Below are positions 60,805 to 64,000 of a stretch of 64,000 bases of DNA, in pieces. The position numbers and the translations under genes were made by a program. Each line of letters starts with the position of its first letter. Position 1 is the first letter of the stretch. This DNA is from an uncultured Acidobacteriota bacterium (GTDB lineage Bacteria; Acidobacteriota; Vicinamibacteria; Vicinamibacterales; UBA2999). The stretch spans positions 41,490 to 105,489 of the forward strand of contig CAVYZF010000014.1 in assembly GCA_963772955.1 (NCBI GenBank), given 5' to 3'. The notes beneath the pieces were generated by a model that saw nothing but the letters and a program-made list of their open reading frames with translations, did not search any database and was not told the origin of the DNA.

Positions 60805-62089
60805 ATGTCCGTTTACTGAGTGGAATGTAGTCTCGCCTTGCAGGCCCGATGTAGACCTGGCGCGGCCGCGCGATCTTCTGCTCCGGATCGAGGAGCATCT
60901 CTTCCCACTGCGCGATCCAGCCCGAGGTCCGCGGAATCGCAAACAGCACCGGGAACATCGTCACCGGGAAGCCCATCGCCTGATAGATGAGACCCGAATA
61001 GAAGTCCACGTTGGGATACAGCCGGCGGGACACGAAATACTCGTCCTCGAGCGCGATCCGTTCGAGCTCGAGCGCGATGTCGAGAAGCGGGTTCTTGCCC
61101 GTGACCTCGAACACCTCGTCGGCCGTTCTCTTGATGATCTTGGCGCGCGGGTCGTACGACTTGTAGACGCGATGGCCGAATCCCATCAGCCGGCCTTCGC
61201 CTGCTTTGACGCGCTTGATAAAGCCGGGAACGTTCTGGACCGTTCCAATCTCGGCCAGCATGCGGAGGACGGCTTCGTTGGCGCCTCCGTGCAGAGGTCC
61301 GTAGAGCGCCGCCGCCGCGCCCGCCATTGCGGAGTACGGATCGACATGGGAGCTGCCGATGCCGCGCATCGCGTTGGTGCTGCAGTTCTGCTCGTGATCG
61401 GCGTGCAGGATGAACAGCACGTCGAGCGCGCGCTCGAGCACCGGGCTGACCTGGTACTTCAGCTCGGTCATCCGGAACAGCATGTTGAGGAAGTTGCCGG
61501 TGAAGCTGAGATCGTTGTCGGGATAGACGTACGGACGGCCGATGCTGTGCCGGTAGGCGTAGGCGGCGATCGTCGGGACCTTGGCGATGAGCCGGTGAAT
61601 CTGCTTCTTGCGTGACTCCTCGTCGAAGATCTTCTTGGCGTCGGCGTAGAAGGTCGAGAACGCTCCCACCGTGCTGAGGAACACGCTCATCGGATGGGCG
61701 TCGTACTGGAACCCTTCCATGAGCTTCTTGATGTTCTCGTGCAGCATCGTGTGCAGCGTGATCTGCTTCGACCACTCCTTGAGCTGCGCGTCGGTGGGCA
61801 GCTGTCCGAAGATGATGAGATACGCCGTCTCGAGATACGTCGAATGTTCGGCGAGCTGCTCGATTGGGTACCCGCGATATTCCAGGATCCCCTTGTCGCC
61901 GTCGATGTAGGTGATCCGGCTGCGACAGGACGCGGTGTTCATGAACGCCGGGTCGTAGGTGCCGAGCCCCTGATCGTCCTTGGCAACCTTGATCTGGCGA
62001 AGATCCGTGGCACGAATCACGCCGTCGGTAATCGGAATCTCGTACAGCTTGCCCGTACGATTGTCAGTAATAGTGAGCGTGTCGGCCAT
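60803..62089 (-). CDS. gltA: Citrate synthase
   Basis: 428 aa. GYPIEQLAE, ILHADHEQNCSTN, MGFGHRVYKSYDPR. Confidence 0.95.
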   Translation of the reverse strand: MADTLTITDNRTGKLYEIPITDGVIRATDLRQIKVAKDDQGLGTYDPAFMNTASCRSRITYIDGDKGILEYRGYPIEQLAEHSTYLETAYLIIFGQLPTDAQLKEWSKQITLHTMLHENIKKLMEGFQYDAHPMSVFLSTVGAFSTFYADAKKIFDEESRKKQIHRLIAKVPTIAAYAYRHSIGRPYVYPDNDLSFTGNFLNMLFRMTELKYQVSPVLERALDVLFILHADHEQNCSTNAMRGIGSSHVDPYSAMAGAAAALYGPLHGGANEAVLRMLAEIGTVQNVPGFIKRVKAGEGRLMGFGHRVYKSYDPRAKIIKRTADEVFEVTGKNPLLDIALELERIALEDEYFVSRRLYPNVDFYSGLIYQAMGFPVTMFPVLFAIPRTSGWIAQWEEMLLDPEQKIARPRQVYIGPARRDYIPLSKRT

Positions 62090-62101
62090 ATGAGAGCAGT
62101 A

Positions 62102-62293
62102 TCAGTCGGGGTCGGCGTCAGTCTCGGTGTCGGGTGACGGGACGGGTTCGCTGGCGATCCGGTAGCGTCCGTCTGCCCACCGCGCCAGGTCTTCGTTCCG
62201 GCACCGCTCGCTGCAGAACGGCCGCCAGCATTCGTCTACGGGACGGGTTCGGCACAGGACGCACAGCGGAGCCTCGCCCATCCGATGAATCAT
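62102..62293 (-). CDS. yacG: DNA gyrase inhibitor YacG-like zinc finger protein
   Basis: From ATG 62291-62293: [46 protein letters not shown], matching the CxxC..RPFCSxRC..DLxxW pattern. Confidence 0.75.
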   Translation of the reverse strand: MIHRMGEAPLCVLCRTRPVDECWRPFCSERCRNEDLARWADGRYRIASEPVPSPDTETDADPD

Positions 62294-62408
62294 AACTCCC
62301 AAGTCCCGCGACGCCCAACTCAGTGAACTTCCAACACCCAACTCCCAAACAATTCTGTTGCGGATCTGGTTGGGAGTTGGGAATTGGAGAATTGGGCGTT
62401 GGGAATTG
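62294..62408. repeat. Heptad palindrome (NCCCAAC / GTTGGGA units) between the phoU stop and the yacG start
   Basis: Perfect 12-bp core stem cccaactcccaa (62337-62348) / ttgggagttggg (62370-62381). Flanking heptads are partially complementary. Confidence 0.7.
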
Positions 62409-62419
62409 ACAAGAAACAG

Positions 62420-63094
62420 CTAATTGCTGCCGGCCAGATGGTGGCGCACGTCGAGCGCGGAGACCATGAAGATGACGTCTTCGGCGATATTCGTCGCATG
62501 GTCACCAATGCGCTCGAGATGCCGGGAAACCAGGATCAAATCGAGCGACGGCTCGACCGTGCTCTGGTTTTGCAGCATATGCGTGAGCAAATCGCGGAAG
62601 ACTTGTGTCTTGAGGCTATCGAGCCGGTCGTCCTCGTTGAGGACCTTGGTGGCCAGCTCGGTGTCCCGTTTGACGAACGCATCCAGCGCGTCGCGCAGCA
62701 TCGCCTGAGCGATGTCACCCATCTGGGGGATGTCGATCAGCTGCTTGACCGGGGGGTGGGCGATGTAGCGCATGCTCGCCTCGGCAATGTTGACCGCCAA
62801 GTCGCCCACGCGTTCGAGATCGGTGTTGATCTTCACAGCCGCCACGATCGCGCGCAGATCGGTCGCCATCGGCTGATGCAGCGCCAGCAAGCGGAAACAG
62901 CGGTTATCGACCTCAATATGGAGCTGATTGATCGGCTCATCGCCCGACAGGACTTTGTGGATGACGGCCGCGTCGCGCTGCACGAGTCCGTGCAGGGCAA
63001 GGCGCACGCGCTCCTCGGCAAGGCCGCCCATCTCGAGCAACCGGCCCTGAAGCGCTTCGAGCTCTTCGCGGAAGTGGGGGACCTGGCGATCCAC
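62420..63094 (-). CDS. phoU: Phosphate signalling complex protein PhoU
   Basis: 224 aa with two PhoU repeats (DLERVGDLAVNIAE, HLERIGDHATNIAE). GTG start overlaps the pstB stop. Confidence 0.9.
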   Translation of the reverse strand: MDRQVPHFREELEALQGRLLEMGGLAEERVRLALHGLVQRDAAVIHKVLSGDEPINQLHIEVDNRCFRLLALHQPMATDLRAIVAAVKINTDLERVGDLAVNIAEASMRYIAHPPVKQLIDIPQMGDIAQAMLRDALDAFVKRDTELATKVLNEDDRLDSLKTQVFRDLLTHMLQNQSTVEPSLDLILVSRHLERIGDHATNIAEDVIFMVSALDVRHHLAGSN

Positions 63095-63930
63095 TAGCCG
63101 AACCTCCCGGTCACATAGTCCTCAGTGAGCTTCTCGGCTGGAGCCGTGAAAATCTTCTCGGTCCGGTCGTATTCGACCAGCCGTCCCAGCCAGAAGAACG
63201 CCGTGTGATCGGACACGCGTGCAGCCTGCTGCATGTTGTGCGTGACGATCACGATCGTGTACGCCTTCTTCAAATCGTACACGAGTTCCTCGATGCGCTG
63301 CGTCGCAATCGGATCGAGCGCCGAGGCGGGCTCGTCCATCAGGATGATGTCCGGACGCACGGCAAGCGCGCGCGCAATGCACAGCCGCTGCTGTTGCCCG
63401 CCCGACAGAGCGAGCGCCGACTCGTGCAGACGATCCTTCACCTCGTCCCAGAGCGCGGCGTGCCTGAGGCTCTCCTCGATCCGGGCGGCCAGTTCCGCCT
63501 TGTTCCCGGCCATGCCGTTGATTCGCAGGCCGTAGGCAATGTTCTCGAAGATGGACTTCGGGAACGGATTCGACTTCTGGAACACCATGCCGACCCGTCG
63601 TCGCAAATGCACGACGTCCATCCCGGACTTGTAGATGTCGACGTTGTCGATCAGGATGCGGCCTTCGACCCGGGTGCCCGGGATGATGTCGTTCATCCGG
63701 TTCAGCGTACGGAGGAATGTGCTCTTACCGCAGCCCGAAGGCCCGATGAAGGCGGTCACGACGTGCGGCCTGATGCGGATCGAGATGTCCTGCAGCGCCC
63801 GCTTCTCGCCGTAGTAAAAGTTCATCGAGACGACGTCAATCTTGCTCGGAACGTCCGGTCCGTCTGTCGTCGTCTTTCTCGTCGTGGCCAGCTCGCCAAG
63901 AGACGAAAGTGGCCTGGATGCGGTGCTCAC
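63094..63930 (-). CDS. pstB: Phosphate ABC transporter ATP-binding protein
   Basis: [34 protein letters not shown], and the PstB-specific N-terminal FYYGEKRAL. Confidence 0.95.
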   Translation of the reverse strand: MSTASRPLSSLGELATTRKTTTDGPDVPSKIDVVSMNFYYGEKRALQDISIRIRPHVVTAFIGPSGCGKSTFLRTLNRMNDIIPGTRVEGRILIDNVDIYKSGMDVVHLRRRVGMVFQKSNPFPKSIFENIAYGLRINGMAGNKAELAARIEESLRHAALWDEVKDRLHESALALSGGQQQRLCIARALAVRPDIILMDEPASALDPIATQRIEELVYDLKKAYTIVIVTHNMQQAARVSDHTAFFWLGRLVEYDRTEKIFTAPAEKLTEDYVTGRFG

Positions 63931-64000
63931 GAGATGCCTCGCTTCTGGTAGCGATCCCTCAGCCAGATCGCGGCGGCGTTCATCGACAGAAGCAGCGCGA
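63927..64000 (-). CDS. pstA: Phosphate ABC transporter permease PstA, C-terminal fragment (continues beyond the window end)
   Basis: Reverse translation reads [23 protein letters not shown]-stop. GTGA overlap with the pstB start. Confidence 0.7.
   Translation of the reverse strand, partial: ALLLSMNAAAIWLRDRYQKRGIS

Overview
GC-rich (about 65% by eye) bacterial chromosomal segment. It is probably Acidobacteriota, inferred from carboxypeptidase-regulatory-domain TonB receptors, a VWFA-related acidobacterial-type protein and the general gene content. All family names come from motif recall; no searches were run.

I count about 57 protein genes, nearly all ordinary housekeeping, transport or metabolism:
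- three TonB-dependent receptors
- aguBA (agmatine to putrescine)
- hom-thrB-thrC, followed by a siroheme/sulfite-reductase cluster
- carD, plsC, an OPT transporter, rex, moaC
- several MFS/DMT/AEC/CDF transporters
- a LigM-like THF-dependent demethylase
- lepB, lytST-like two-component genes, a lone nuoI
- a YitJ-like homocysteine-methyltransferase/MTHFR fusion
- lon, rhomboid, a LeuA-family gene
- an IorAB-type molybdoenzyme with a Tat-exported threonine-aldolase-like gene
- an M28 lipoprotein, gltA, yacG, phoU-pstB-pstA

I saw no rRNA, tRNA, CRISPR, transposase, integrase or phage genes. I did not find a convincing novel multi-gene protein system such as a defence island.

The signal the gene list does not explain is non-coding:
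1. Almost every sizeable intergenic region carries an imperfect palindrome whose arms are tandem arrays of 7-8 nt units. One unit family, GGCTCTN, sits at four divergent gene-start regions. CCTACTG recurs at two gene ends.
2. A 340-bp double array of a 9-mer core at 21-24 bp spacing spans the 5' end of the M28 gene.
3. A 30-nt hairpin element occurs at two gene ends and once in-frame inside the YitJ-like linker.
4. Four single-base frame disruptions hit otherwise intact conserved genes: a TonB receptor twice, the LigM-like gene, and lon. These could be assembly errors.

Start codons are often uncertain because the ORF track uses alternative starts.
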